The position numbers were made by a program, and so were the translations under genes. From the NCBI RefSeq assembly GCF_001194135.2, contig NC_068984.1, positions 85,527,073 through 85,591,072 on the forward strand: 64,000 bases of DNA. The letters run 5' to 3'. This stretch comes from Octopus bimaculoides. Taxonomy: Eukaryota. The notes under the pieces were generated by a model, which saw only the letters and a program-made list of their open reading frames with translations, did not search any database and had not been told where the DNA came from. Shown here in pieces: positions 49,959 to 63,719 of the stretch. Numbering within the stretch: the stretch's first letter is position 1; the number at the start of each line of letters is the position of its first letter.

Positions 49959-51633
49959 ATATATATATATATAAGCATGGCTGTGTGATAAGATGTCTGC
50001 AGCCCAACAGTTGTATGGTACCTTGGGCAGATATCTTCTGCTATAACTCCAGGCCAACCAAAACCTTGTGATTGGATTTGGTAGACAGAAAGAAGGCTAT
50101 CATACATATATATGCTTATATATGTACATGTGTGTTGTCTCGTTGACTTGACATTACCTGATAATTATAAATGGATGTCAGCATCATACAAGTAGAGGGC
50201 CTTTATTTCCAATCTTCCTTGAAAACAGATGAGTTAGTAACAGGAAGTGCATTCAGCCTTAAAAAATCTGCCTCAACAAATTCCATCTGACCCATGCAAA
50301 CATGAAAATGTAAACATTAAAATGATGATTGATGCTTATGTGTGTGTGTAATTTAAGGTAGCCTAGTGGCTGCCTGTTACTCTGGAGTTTACACATCATG
50401 CTGCCACTTCTTCAGACAAGTCAGACTGAGCCAAATTAAATTTACTGCACTCTATAGTTGTATTGCATACTTCTTCTCAGGATCATTACCCAACTATGGA
50501 TACATACACATATTTGGCAATATGCCCATTTCTATCAATATCAATGTGTTTTCATAAGCCAGCAAAGGAACCTCTACACAGTTGTTTGACTAGTTAAAAA
50601 TAACAGCCAAATTTCTCCCTGGTTACTTTCTGACTAAAAAAAAAAAAATAGTGAAAGAAGTCTATATCAGATAATGTTGGTCTTTTGTCTGAAAAAAAAA
50701 AAATACAATCTAATTAAAAAAAATTTTTTTTTTTGAAGTTATGAATGGGATATCTTTGATTGGGGTTGCTGAATCAAGGTTGACCTGGATCCAGACAGTA
50801 ACAACAGTTACCAACATTAAATAACAATTCCTACCAATAAAGAAGCTCCTATTTCTCATACTTTGAGTGGTCCAGAGACTTATTGTCTCAGTTTGTTGTT
50901 TAGCCACAAATGAACTCTGAATGAGTCAACTTTTAACCGAAGACATTTTGGACTGCATTACTTATATCCTTTTTTTTTTTTTTTTTTTTTTGTTAAGACG
51001 GTAAAGTCTGATTTGGGATACATGGCTGCTATTTCTAGTTGTTTCAGCTACAATGTAACGGCTCCCTCACATGTTGTTTTTCGTAAATGTCACTTGACCA
51101 CAGGATGAGCCCCTAACTTCCTCTTTGCTTTTATCAAGTTTTAAAGTAGAAGTTATCATTTCACAAACTTTTGAGACTTGCTCTTATTTGACATCAGATA
51201 ATCAATGACCAGCACCTTCATTAGCATTCATATGCACGGGTTATTTTCTTTTACTATTTTATTTGTTGGATCAATCTGTCTGCAAAATAATTTTTCTTGT
51301 GGTCATCTTTAATGATTGTTCATTTTTTCAAGTAATTAATCATCTTTGCTCAGTTTAAATGGCTTCATATTTTGGCCTTCATCTATTTGGACAGACTACC
51401 TCTTACTGCCAGACCACAGTAGCCATTTCTTTAACATAGTTCTAACCATCACTTATTTAGATAGTGTCTTTAATTCTAATTCCCAACAGCCAGTTTTGAT
51501 CACTTGGACTTTCATTACACAGTTATTTGATTATATCTGCTTCATTCCACCTCAGTAGTTTTCATTCCAAACCAGTTCATCTTGAAGAGAAACAGCCTTG
51601 CTCATTCATTTATAGTATGTGTATCTGCATACA

Positions 51634-51664
<31 letters not shown>

Positions 51665-51989
51665 ATGTATGTATGGTGTGAATCTTTAAGTAAAATTTGG
51701 TGGGTAGGGAATAAGAGAAAAGTAAAGTTAGTGGAATTATAGAGTTTATCAAAGTTGGAAACGTTTATTGGAAATACTTGAGAACACAGGTTCAAGAGTG
51801 AAGCATTCCTGTACATAAATGACATTTGGTACTGGGCTAAGGAGAAAGATACAGTAATTGCATAAAAGCAAATATGAACAGAAAGTAAGTTGGAGCGAGG
51901 AAGTTTGAAACAGTGAGAGTTTCAATGCAGCAGTTCTGTATGAGGTGATAAAGATTATAACTCAACTACATCTGGGATAAATGATAGTA

Positions 51990-52060
<71 letters not shown>

Positions 52061-52136
52061 NNNNNNNNNNNNNNNNNNNNNNNNNNNNNNNNNNNNNNNN
52101 NNNNNNNNNNNNNNNNNNNNNNNNNNNNNNNNNNNN

Positions 52137-52196
<60 letters not shown>

Positions 52197-52202
52197 TTTG
52201 GT

Positions 52203-52775
52203 CCTTTAGCACTTAAACTGGCCATATCTGACCCAAATATTCTTTTTATGTTCAAACCAGCCAGAATAGGTGCCTTTCACACCTATTCTACAATGTCATT
52301 CTAAAAATGATAATCATGTCATCAAAATCTTGAAACTCCAAGATAACGCATGATTAATTTAAACAATGTGAATAAATAAGCATTACATTCAACAGAGTGC
52401 AGGCACATGGCTCAGTGGTTAGTGCTGGGCTCATAATCATGAGGTAGTGAGTTGGATTCCTGGGCTGTGTTGTGTTCTTGAACAAGACACTTTGTTCCAT
52501 GTTGCTCCAGTTCACATATTTATAGAAATGAGTTGCAACACCCTTGGTGCCAATCTGTATCGGCTTTTGCCTTTCCCTTGGACAACATCAGTGGCATGGA
52601 GAGGGGAGGCTGGTATGCATGGGCGACTGCTGGTCTTCTATAAACAACCTTGCCTGAACTTGTGCCTCGGAGGGGAACTTTTTAGGTGCAGTCCCATGGC
52701 CCTTCATGACCAAAGTGGGTCTTTTACTTTACTTTCTTTTTTTACATTCAACAGAGTAATCTGAATGCTATAGGG
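52203..52775 (+). mobile_element. piggyBac-type MITE hosting a SINE insertion
   Basis: CCTTTAGCA... / ...AATGCTATAGGG|TTAA; interior matches the inverted copy at 52922-53140. Confidence 0.75.
52399..52741 (+). mobile_element. tRNA-derived SINE, family D, with 14-16-bp TSD
   Basis: (TT)ACATTCAACAGAGT at 52383-52398 and 52742-52757; head ggctcagtggttag; core gtgttcttgaacaagacactt shared with copies at ~5.9, 22.0 and 55.3-55.6 kb. Confidence 0.88.
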
Positions 52776-52921
52776 TTAATCAACTTGACAACCAGGAAAA
52801 TGTCATACACAAGAAACTATTGTGAGAAGTCCTGTTCAGATTGTGCTCACTTAAAAACTAAAACAAAATAAATCAACACCTTATATGGCAGACCCACATA
52901 CTACCATAATGAATGCCTTGA

Positions 52922-53140
52922 CCCTTTAGTATTTAAATTATTCTGACAAATGTAATATTTATTATTCAGTTTTAAATTGATCATGCAATATATTGTAGTT
53001 TTGAGATTTCGATGATGTGATCATTTTTTTTTTTTTTGAATGTCATTATAGGATAGGTGTGAAAGGCTGGATCAGGCTGGTTTGAACATAAAACTGGTAA
53101 AATGTTTGGACCAGATATGGCCAATTTAAATGCTAGAGGG
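52922..53140 (-). mobile_element. piggyBac-type MITE, inverted copy
   Basis: ttga|CCCTTTAGTATT ... AATGCTAGAGGG|tttt. Confidence 0.75.
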
Positions 53141-53274
53141 TTTTAACACCTTCCATCCTAAACACATTCTTCCCAAGCTACAAGTCATGTATATTACCTG
53201 ATTGAACTACCATGTTGAACAATCTTTGGTTAATTATCTATAGAAAACAATTTAAACATTATTTAAGAATTTAG

Positions 53275-54200
53275 TCATCATCATCATTGTTTAACGTCCG
53301 TTTTCCATGTTGGCATGGGTTGGACTGTTTGACTGACAACTGGCAAGTCAGGAGGCCACACCAGGCTCCAGTGTTTCCTAATGCCAACCACTCTGAGAGT
53401 GTAGTGGGTGCTTTTTACGTGCCACTGGCATGGGAGCCAGTCAGGCAGCACTGGCATCAGCCATGTTCGGATAGTGCTTTTCATGTGCCATCGGCTTGGA
53501 GAGCCAGTCAGGCAGCACTGGCAATGACCCATGCATGCATGGTGCTCATTGCATGCCACCAGCATGGGAGCCAGTCAGGCGGCACTGGCATCGACCACAA
53601 CTACAATTTCCATTTGATTGTAATTTGATTTAAATTTGGATTTTGATTTAACTTGACTCAATAGGTCTCCTCAAGCACGGATGTCACCAAATGATTCAAA
53701 GGTACTTTTTAAGTTGGCTGGTTATGCGACACTGGTGTAGAGTACGGCTGTGATCTCACTTTACTTGCCAGGTCTTCTCAATCACAGCATATCTCCAGAG
53801 GTCTCGGTCTTTCATCATTGCCTCTATGAGGCCCAGTGTTCGAAGGTCATGCTTCACCACCTCATCCCAGATCTTCCTGGGTCTCCCTCTACCATGGGTT
53901 CCTTCCACTGTTATGGAGTGACACTTCTTCACACAGCTCTCCTCATCCATACGCAGCACATGACCATACTAGTGCAATCATCTCTCTTGCACACCACATC
54001 TGATGCTTCTTATGTCCAACATTTCTCTCAGGGTGCTTACACTCTGTAGTGTGTGCACACTGGCATTATACATCCAGCAGATCATACTAGATTCATTTCT
54101 TTCAAGCCTACACATGTCTTCAGCAGTCATGGCCCATGTTTCACTGCCATGTAGCATGGCAGTTCGCACACATGCATCATACAATCTACCTTTCACTCTG
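53275..54200 (-). mobile_element. RTE LINE 3' portion
   Basis: KGRLYDACVRTAMLHGSETWA...; LRMDEESCVKKCHSITVEGTHGRGRPRKIWDEVVKHDL; (GAT)n tail at ~53275. Confidence 0.95.
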
Positions 54201-54779
54201 ATGATTTCATAGATTCTTATTAGACACCTGTGTGTATATCATCATCATAATCATCATTTTTAACATCCACTTTTCTATGCTTGCATGGGTCAGATGAAAT
54301 TCATTGAGGCAGATTTTCTTTGATTAAATGCCTTTCCTGTTGCCAACCCTTTCTTGTTTCCAAGTAAGGTAATATTTTCCCCAAAGGCTGACACATTTTC
54401 ATAGAAGACTCCAAATGAATGAAAGTACTTGTATGACATTAACACTTGCCTAAAACTAGCATATGATGATGTCAAGACAAGGAGACACACACCTACAATA
54501 GCGCTTCTTTCAATCTCCATATAGTGTGTGTGTGTGTGCGTGTGTGCTTCCAAGTTTGGAATTTCTCTAGATCTTCAACAGATTCTGCTGAGAATTAGGT
54601 CATTGGCATACAGGTGTTCTTATGGTTAGTTGGTCATAAATTCTTTTGTTTTAACTGGAATATTAGAAAAAAAAAAAAAAAAGCCATTAACCTGATAACT
54701 TAACTGCATGCTGAACATCTTAACAATCAATTTGCTGATAGCACCTCCGTACATGAATTGCACAGCTCTCACAAGCCAT

Positions 54780-55190
54780 TCATCTACTTATAATTTTCTT
54801 CCCAATCTTAAGACTGCAGAGCATGGTGCCCTGTCAAAAGCCATCTCCAAGCCAACAGTATAGTGGCTTACTCTCAGCTAAGAACTCTTGTACTTTGTCA
54901 CATGACAAAGAGGGCATCAAAAGTGTCCCATTCTGGCATAAGTTTAAACTGTCTTGTCTAAATTAATTCTCTTCCTAATCTGTTGACCTATAACTGTATT
55001 ATTCTCATACTGTGGTTTATTAATTTAAGACCTCTGTAGTTGCTTCTTTCTAGAGCATCTTCTTTGCCATGTAGCAGTTGGTGATTATACTGGTAACTAG
55101 ACTAGCTTGTGTTTTATTTTTCTGGATATTTTCAACATCCACTGACTCTCCATGATAATCCAGCTGCTTTATCTGCCATCACATCCTAAA
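54780..55190 (-). mobile_element. Old RTE RT N-terminal fragment
   Basis: Decayed MADKAAGLS...GKEDALERSNYRGLKLI...QFKLMP...TFDALFVM matches the RTE pattern KGKGDALxxxNYRGxKL...QFGFMPGRxTTDAIF. Confidence 0.8.
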
Positions 55191-56114
55191 ATAATACATT
55201 TGAACAAATAGCTATAAACTTTTATAACTTGATCCCTATATATATATATATATATATCCTGGCTCTCCATTAGTTATGACAATGGGCGTTCCAGTTGGTT
55301 CAATCAGTGGAACAGCCTGCCCATGAAATTAACTTATAAGTGGCTGAGCGCTCCACAGACATGCATACCCTTAACATAGTTCTCAGGGAGATTCAGCATG
55401 ACACAGAATATGACAAGACTGGACCCTTTGAATAACAGGTATAAAACATTTTCGCCAACTGAGTAGATTGGAGCGACATGAAATAAAGTGTCTTGCTCAA
55501 GGGCAACACGATACGCCACCAGGTATTGAACTCATGACCTTACAATCATGAGTTTAACATCCTAACCAGTAAGCCATGCACCTACACACACACACACACA
55601 CACATATATATGCAAGCAAATAAACATACACATATTTAAATACTATATGTATAATTTGTGTGTTTGTGTGTTGATATCTGAATGTTAAGAATTGTTGAAC
55701 AACACATAAAATATTGAGTGTTCGAGCTCTCTTCACACCAGCTCATGTCAACCACTTTCCAATATTTAATTATACGGTTAACAAAGCAGTCACATCCTCA
55801 TTGTGTCTTAGCCTTTTTTTTTTTGTCTCTTTATAGCTATTGATCTATTGTTGAAATTTATATCTTAATAGGCAAACCCCATTTCATTTCACTGTCACAA
55901 CAGATCATAGTTACACAAGACAAATATGCCAATATTTATATATAACGTATGTCACTTAGTTCTGAGTTTTATATGTTGCCATACGCATGTCATATACTGA
56001 GCTTTACAAAGCAGTTGATTAAGGACCAAGATATGTGAGGCCTTGTTGTACTCAAGAATACCTATCTACACAGCAGAATTGATGTCCTAAAGGGGTTTTT
56101 ATCTTGCAAGTCAC

Positions 56115-56640
56115 TAAGTGACCCTGTCAGTGTTGGTGCCATGTAAAAAGCACCAGTGTTGGTGCCACATAAAAAGCACCAGTGCTGGTGCCACGTAAAA
56201 AGCACTGGTGCTGGTGCCACGTAATAAAAAGCACCAGTTTTGGTGCCATGTAATAAAAAGCACTGGTGCTGTTGCCACGTAAAAAGCACGGGCTGGTGTC
56301 ACGTAAAAAGCACAAGGGCTGGTGCCACAATAAAAAGCACCAGTGCTAGTGCTACGTAATAAAATGCACCAGTGCTGGTGCCACATAAAGAAGCACTGGT
56401 GCTCGTGCCATGTAAAGAAGCACCGGTGCTCATGCTACGTAAAAAGCACCGGTGCTGGTGCCATGTAAAAAGCACCAGTGCTCATGCTACATGAAGTAGT
56501 TGGCATTAGGAAGGGCATCCAGCTATAGAAACCAAATCAAAGCAGACTATGGAACCAGGTGCAGCCCACTGGCCTTACCAACTCCCATCAAATCAGCCCA
56601 CCCACTCAGCATGGAAAACTGATGTTGAATGATGATGATG
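56115..56640 (+). mobile_element. RTE 3'-UTR-derived element with internal minisatellite (about 13 units of ~26 bp)
   Basis: Unit AAAAAGCACCAGTGCTGGTGCCACGT; followed by gttggcattaggaagggcatccagct and a (GAT)n tail. Confidence 0.85.
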
Positions 56641-58119
56641 TGTGATATACAAGCATTGTATCATTGTACATGTGATATACAATAAACAGCAGACAGTAGT
56701 TGTCTAAACCACATGCTTTTCAATGAGTGGTAATCTGATGGTTATTGTTTAGCCCTAGGTCAGCTCTGATTTGAGCAGATCAGTAATCAAAAGCATTTGT
56801 GCCATGATCATGTCTTTTTATATATCCAATACTACATTATCCTTTGTATGGATCAAGGTAGGTTTGGCTGCTTTCTTTTTTAAAAATTGCAAACCAGCCC
56901 AATTGCTACTGATAAGCGACAGTTTTGTTGAGAGCAATACTATTGCCACCAAGAAAGACCTGATGATCTGTGTATCTGCCACCCTTGGCTTTGTGAGAAT
57001 GTTTGCACTACTGCTGAGAAAGATATCCTGCTCTGGCTTGTGCATCTGCTAGTCTCAGTTTTATCTGTACAGATAATATCCTGCTATCAGTACTGCATTA
57101 CATCTGTGGCCACTCAGCACCGTCCTTTCCCTGTAGTTTGTAAGCCTTCTATGATGTCTTATTTCCAGATATAGTATATGTAGAATCACTTTATCCAGTT
57201 TCTGTTTCCTTTTTAAAACAGCTGACTGCAATTTAAAGGATATTCGGTTCTTACATCCTCCAGATTAAACTACCACTTAAACTGCCACACACATAGGCTC
57301 AAGTGATGTCATAAAGTTAAAAAGCTGAATTCGATATCCTCAGGAATTATAATTAATACTTCAAGTCCTGCCATAATGGGAAAGACTGAAAAAAAAAAAA
57401 AAAAAAAAAAATTTAACTCTATAAATTTGTCAAAATGGTGTTGGTGTTGGTGGCATGTAGATTTCTAAAATTTTTGTTGTGTGGTGGGGAATCTTGAAAC
57501 ATTAAAAAAATTCTCTTTGCATGAGGTGGGAGAATGAAAGATGTAGATAGACAAGAACTTTGTGTGTATGTGCATGCACACAGATACATGACTAAAAAAT
57601 TTGGGTAAAAGATTACATTGATTCCAGCTCACCATCTTCATCACTAACATTTATTCACACCATCAGCAAATTCACTAATGTTACCACCACTATTATCTCT
57701 ACCATTTTGCTGCCAACATTCCAGAGAAGAATCTAAAATACCATTTAAATGTCCCATCATATCTGGTGGGGATGGGAGCAGTGGTGCTATTTCAGTGGTT
57801 TGGCAGTGTCAAGATAGAGAAGCTTTCAAAGATCCATTAGAGAATGTTGAAGTTAAAATAAAGAGAATGTGTGTGTATGAGAGAGAGAGAGAATCAGACA
57901 GATAGCTAGACAGACATTATACACACATACATAGGTTGCTGTTATCATACACACATACATAGCTTGTTGTTGCCTCTAACCCTTTTGGATCTGGAATGTA
58001 CCAATGACACAGAGGGTTTCTTTTTAATATTTCTTGCTCCTGTTCTAAGTCTGGCACTGAGAGGTGGATGTTAATGTGATTAGATTAGTTCTCTGCCTTT
58101 AAGGTATTAGAATTCTCTC

Positions 58120-58156
<37 letters not shown>

Positions 58157-58166
58157 NNNNNNNNNN

Positions 58167-58211
<45 letters not shown>

Positions 58212-58807
58212 TGTCTACTCTTATCTGTCTCTGTTGGTGAATTGTAACAGTGACAGGTTTGCCTTCTTCCACTTTTCCCTTGAGGGCATTGAACCTTGTT
58301 ATATATCATATTTTACAGCATAAACCCCACCACAAACACACACAAACCTTGGCATGGCTGTGTTGGTAAGATGGTTACTTCCCAGTCATGTAGTCTTGGG
58401 TTCAGTCCCATTGTGTGACACTTGGCAAGTGTCTTCTATAGTCCCTGGGCCAACCAAAGCCTTATGAGTAGATTTGGTAGACAGAGACTGAAAGAAGTGT
58501 GTTGCTTGTCCCCCACCACTGCTTGACAACCAGTGTTGATTTGTTTACATCCCTGTAACTTAGCAGTCAAGCAAAAGAGACTGATAAAATGTGTACCAAA
58601 CTTAAAAAAAAAATGCAATAAGTACAGGGGTTAATTTGTTCAACTAAAGCCTCAAGGCAGACAAGTAAAAGATGAAAGATCTGTATGGTAGATACATGGT
58701 TTTGTTTTGTTCAGGAATGGTCCCGGATTTGATGCTATTGTGAAGCACTTTTGGCAAGTGTCTTCTACAACAGCTTCGGCTTGACCATTGCATTGTGGAG
58801 TAAATTT

Positions 58808-58852
<45 letters not shown>

Positions 58853-59417
58853 ACTTGATAATTGTTTTATCTTGACAGATGATAGCCATCTCAATTAATC
58901 CACATCATCTGAATAAGCTCCACATTGTCTTTGTGCTCTGAGACAACTCTTAAGACCAGTAGTTAGCTGATCTGCAAGTCTTGTATGACAGATAAGATTC
59001 AAAACTTATATATGGTGTTTGTATGGTTTATTTGTAATGATATGTTAATTTTATGCACTTTCGTGTGCCTTTTCAACCAGGATTACTCTGACAGATTTTC
59101 CCAATATACAAGTGTTATCACTTACCATAAAGAAACAGCAAATCATTATTACATGCATCTTTATTTCACATATTACTATATGATTTTATCTGGTTTATGT
59201 AGCCAGCTTTTGACTGATGGTAGTATTAAAAACTGCATTTCCAACTCCTAATCTCATCTGGTGCATGCATGATACTACTCTTTCTCAAAGTACATTTTAA
59301 CTGTGCATGCTGCATTTTGATGAGCTCAAAGTTGGCAATGTCTTCTTTTACCAGAATTCTCTCCATCCATTTCTCTCAGTCACTTTCTTTTCTCAGAATT
59401 GAAATCTAATTTTAGTT

Positions 59418-59760
59418 TCACTCAGTTGTCATAAATACAGTACTTGCATTGCTTCTTTGACTTATGTTGTGGTTATTTCCCAAATTATAATTTCTTATAA
59501 AATAACCTTTATAAGAATATATTACACAGGGTATAGCAATACCCAGCATTTTGTCTAGGCACACTGCTAAATCACTTCGACTAAGGAAACCTCCAAAATC
59601 AAATGTCTTCTGGCTTGTGGGTATCCTTTCATTGGAAAAATCTGGGAGAAGGTCTTTGATATCAAATCTGCAGTTGAAATAGATTCTGTTCAGTTTGGTC
59701 TTGCTTGTTACTGGATATTTAACTATGGCTACCCAGACAGTAGCATACATGTCACTATAA
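59418..59760 (-). other. Unexplained 110-codon ORF in unique sequence (exon or decayed element)
   Basis: ...KLNRIYFNCRFDIKDLLPDFSNERIPTSQKTFDFGGFLSRSDLAVCLDKMLG...; balanced composition, no recognised homology, weak splice signals. Confidence 0.25.
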
Positions 59761-60081
59761 TCCAGTGATGTACAGTTATCTCATGTGAAATGGATATCAT
59801 CTGACAAGATGAAACATCATTATTATGTATATATATGTGTACACACACACACATGCACATGGCATCCAACCAGAGAAACCATGTCAAAGCAGACACTGAA
59901 GTTTGATATGGTCCTCTGACTCCTTAGATGCTGTCAAACCAGCAAACCCATCTCTGCATGGAAAATGCACATTCGATGATATTGATGATCATATTGGTTT
60001 GTTCTTTAATTCATTTTATGTCTAGTTGGCCATGCTAGCATTTAGTCAGAAAAATACATATAACTGAGGCATTGACTTACA

Positions 60082-60450
60082 GGTAGGTGGAGTGGCTGTG
60101 TGGTAAGAAGCTTCCTTCCCAACCACTTGGTTCTGGGTTCAGTCTCACTGTGTGACACCTTGGGCAAGTGTCTTCTACTATAGCCTTGGGCCGACCAAAA
60201 TCTTCTGAGTGGATTTGGTAGATGGAAACTGAAAGAAGCCTGTCGTATGTGTGTGTGTGTGTGTGTGTGTCCACTATCGCTTGACAACCAATGTTGGTGT
60301 GTTTGCGTCCCCCATGACTTAGCAGTTCAGCAAAACAGACCATTAGAATAAGTATTAGGCTTACAAAGAATAAGTTCTGGAGTCGATTTGTCTAACTAAA
60401 GGTGGTGCTCCAGTATGGCTGCAGTCAAATGACTGAAAGATGTAAAAAGA
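60082..60450 (+). mobile_element. SINE family B, full length
   Basis: Head ggagtggctgtgtggtaag through tail gcagtcaaatgactgaaag. Confidence 0.9.
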
Positions 60451-61149
60451 AAGAATGAAAAAAAGAAAAGTATCGCCATCTTACGAGCAATGTTGTTTGT
60501 TTCCAGTCTTCTGTATGAAACATATCTGGCCATGGAGAAATATTACCTTGCCTGGAAATGCGGGCTGGTGACAGGAAGGGCATCCAACTGTAGAAAATCT
60601 GCCTGAACAAATTTTGTCTGACCCATGGAAGTGTGGATGTTAAATGATGATTGTGACATGTATTCTGGTTGTTGATTTGTGAATATACCATGCTTTGCAT
60701 AATAAATTGTGTGTGTGTGTGTGTGTATATAAATATAATCATACATGAAGAGAAAAATTAATGAGGATGTGAGAGAGCAACTAAAGTGCTAATTGGTTAC
60801 AAATAAATTATATAGGAGGCATTGAGGTCATCATTTGAATCCTGATCGATGATGTGCCTGGGTTTTCCTAAATCTTCCTATATTGAGTAATAAAGGATAT
60901 GTAATGAATATACTAATAAGTATCTGATATGTGTGTGATTAATTAGTATCATTTTGACATATTACAGATGTTATTTATATACATTATCCTTTACTGGTTT
61001 CAGCCTGTTGGCTGTGTTCATACACCCATTTGTGTGTGTGTGTGTCTGTACACACACATATATACACTCATGCATAATTTCCCACAGAGAGACTACATCT
61101 ATATGAAAAATATTGTATTCATTGTGACTCGGAAGCAATCTGTGTGGGT

Positions 61150-61189
<40 letters not shown>

Positions 61190-61716
61190 TTATTTATCCA
61201 TTTTATTTATTTATTTATGTATATAAAATTGTACACGTGCATTCACACATAGACAAATATGCACACAGACACATATATACACAGAAACAAGAGAAAAATA
61301 ACTCAGATGTTGTAGGGATTCTTCTGTTTGTCACCTGAGCAAATGCATAGAAATAAGAAAGTCAGCATCATAGCAATGAGATTGTAAATCAAGAGATTCC
61401 AGCTGAACACACACTTGCATCTGTTGTATATCTATCCATGCTTGGATGAGAGATAGTTTGTGTTGGACCAATTATTGTTTTTACAGCTGGGTAAGATACC
61501 TCTTCCTACCACAAACTTAAAGCTCCTTCTGGAAAAACTGGATACATACATCAGCATTAAAGTGGTTTTCTCACAGACAGAGCACAATCATTTGCTATTG
61601 AATAAGATCTGAACTTATGACAGTAAGTAGTCTGACATCATGACTTTACAACTATAGCCCTCTGTTCTAACTACAAAGCCTGATTTCACAGCAAGACTAA
61701 ATATATGCACACACAC

Positions 61717-61764
<48 letters not shown>

Positions 61765-63719
61765 CAGTTAGTGGAATAGTTTCATTTTTAAAGTGAAAGT
61801 ATTTGACATGAGTGTTTTTGTTTCACTTTTGACACGTAATACTTAAATAGTGGAGGAGATATTATGTTGCTGTGGGCTCAAACTATGCAAGAAGTTAAAA
61901 AATTTTTTTTTGACTAAAACACAACCGGGACCCTAAGTAAGCATATGTAAAATTTGAATGAAATTGGTTGTGTAGTTCTCGAGTTTTAGGGAAGCACACA
62001 GACACACATTCTCAATTTTATATATATATATAGATATACATAAAGAATGACTCAAGGTCTGAGAGTTTCATGAGTGCCAATGAACGAGACTCTTGGGCCT
62101 TGAGTTACTCTGTTGCTTTTGCTAAATATTAATAATGTGTGTGTGTGTGTATGTATATTGATCATTAGCTTTGTGTCTGCTTTTCCATGTTGGTATGACC
62201 TGGATGCAAATTTATCAGAACAGTACTTTATCACCAAATTCCTGTCCTATTGCCAACGTTAGTTTTCGAGTAAGTGGTATAATTCCACCACTGATCTTCA
62301 GAAGCGCAAAGCTACAGCATGTATTGTTTATAGGGAATATAAACATGACATTATTGTTTTGCCCAAGTGGTGTCATGTGAAGACCAGCAGTATGTAGACA
62401 TTTGTTTACATTCATGCATTCATATATGTGTGTGTATGGATGGTGCAGGTATGGCTGTGTGGTTCAGATGTTTGCTTCCCAACCACTTGATTTCAGGTTG
62501 AACCCCACTGCAAGATACTTTGAGTATGTACCTTCCACTATGACCCAGGCTGATCAAAGCTGTGTGAGTCAGTGTGGTAGGCAGAAACTGAAAGACTTCC
62601 ATTGTGTGTGTGTGTTAACATCACTCAGTGGTTATAAACAAATATCATTGTCATGCAAGCAGCATCATTTGTTTCCAGGCTTCCATAGAAACCTGTCTGG
62701 CTATGGGGAAATATTACCTTGCTTGGAAACAGGTGAGTGCTGGCAATAGGAAGAGCATCTGGCTGTAGCAAATCTACCTCAATGAATTCTGTCTGAACCA
62801 TGCAAACATCGAAAAGTGAACATTGAAACAATGAAAATGTTCACACAGACACACACATTTTTATATGCAGTAGCAAATCACTTATAGTGTTCGGTAATAA
62901 GATACATATCTACTTCACAAAGTACATCATAATTAGTCTTAACAAGATTAATTTTCATTGAAAGTGCTCAAAAATGCTTATATAAATTATGAATTATTCA
63001 GAGCTATGGTGTGCCTGTACTTTTAAAGACTAAAAGAGAAAGAGTCTGCTTCTAATTTACAAACTAAACACTGCATTGCATTTGATCTTGTCTTTGTAGA
63101 TGATCATTAAAGCATAAATGTGGTGTTTATTTTTTTTGGTAGTTTTTGTGTGTGTGTGCATGTGTAAATGTCTGGAGATTTGGTTGTAGGAGGAGTTGAC
63201 TCCATAATAGAACTAAACATAGCATGGTGTGTTAAAACAGTATCATTAAGTTTGTGGCATCCAACTGTAGCATTACAAACCCTCAATTGTACCCCAGCAT
63301 GAAGCTTCTGACCATCCTTTCTGTCTGCCTAATCAAAAATTGTTCTTCACTCAACTGACTTTTGAACAAATTTAGAATATTTGGTTGTAGTCACCAGAAG
63401 CTAATTACCAGCATTCAAACTGTATTTAACACACATACATAGATTCACACATACATACACACACAAACATATGCACATATACAAGTATATATACATGTAC
63501 GCCCGTACTGAAAAAATAAAATTAACATATGACCATGCATGTATAAATGATGATGTGATGTGTGTGTGTGTATATATATATATATAACATATATGTATAT
63601 AATTATTTCTAAATCTCTCTAAAGGACACAAGATTGAGTGTCACATAGCTAGCTAGGGGTGATGGCCTCTTGGAGCTAATCAACCGCAGCATTCATCCTA
63701 TTTTTCTGGACTACCTTGT

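Noticed and set aside
56121-56492. CRISPR-like palindromic repeat array
   Set aside because: No unique spacers, units are degenerate, eukaryotic context, no cas genes, and it is embedded in an RTE 3' UTR.
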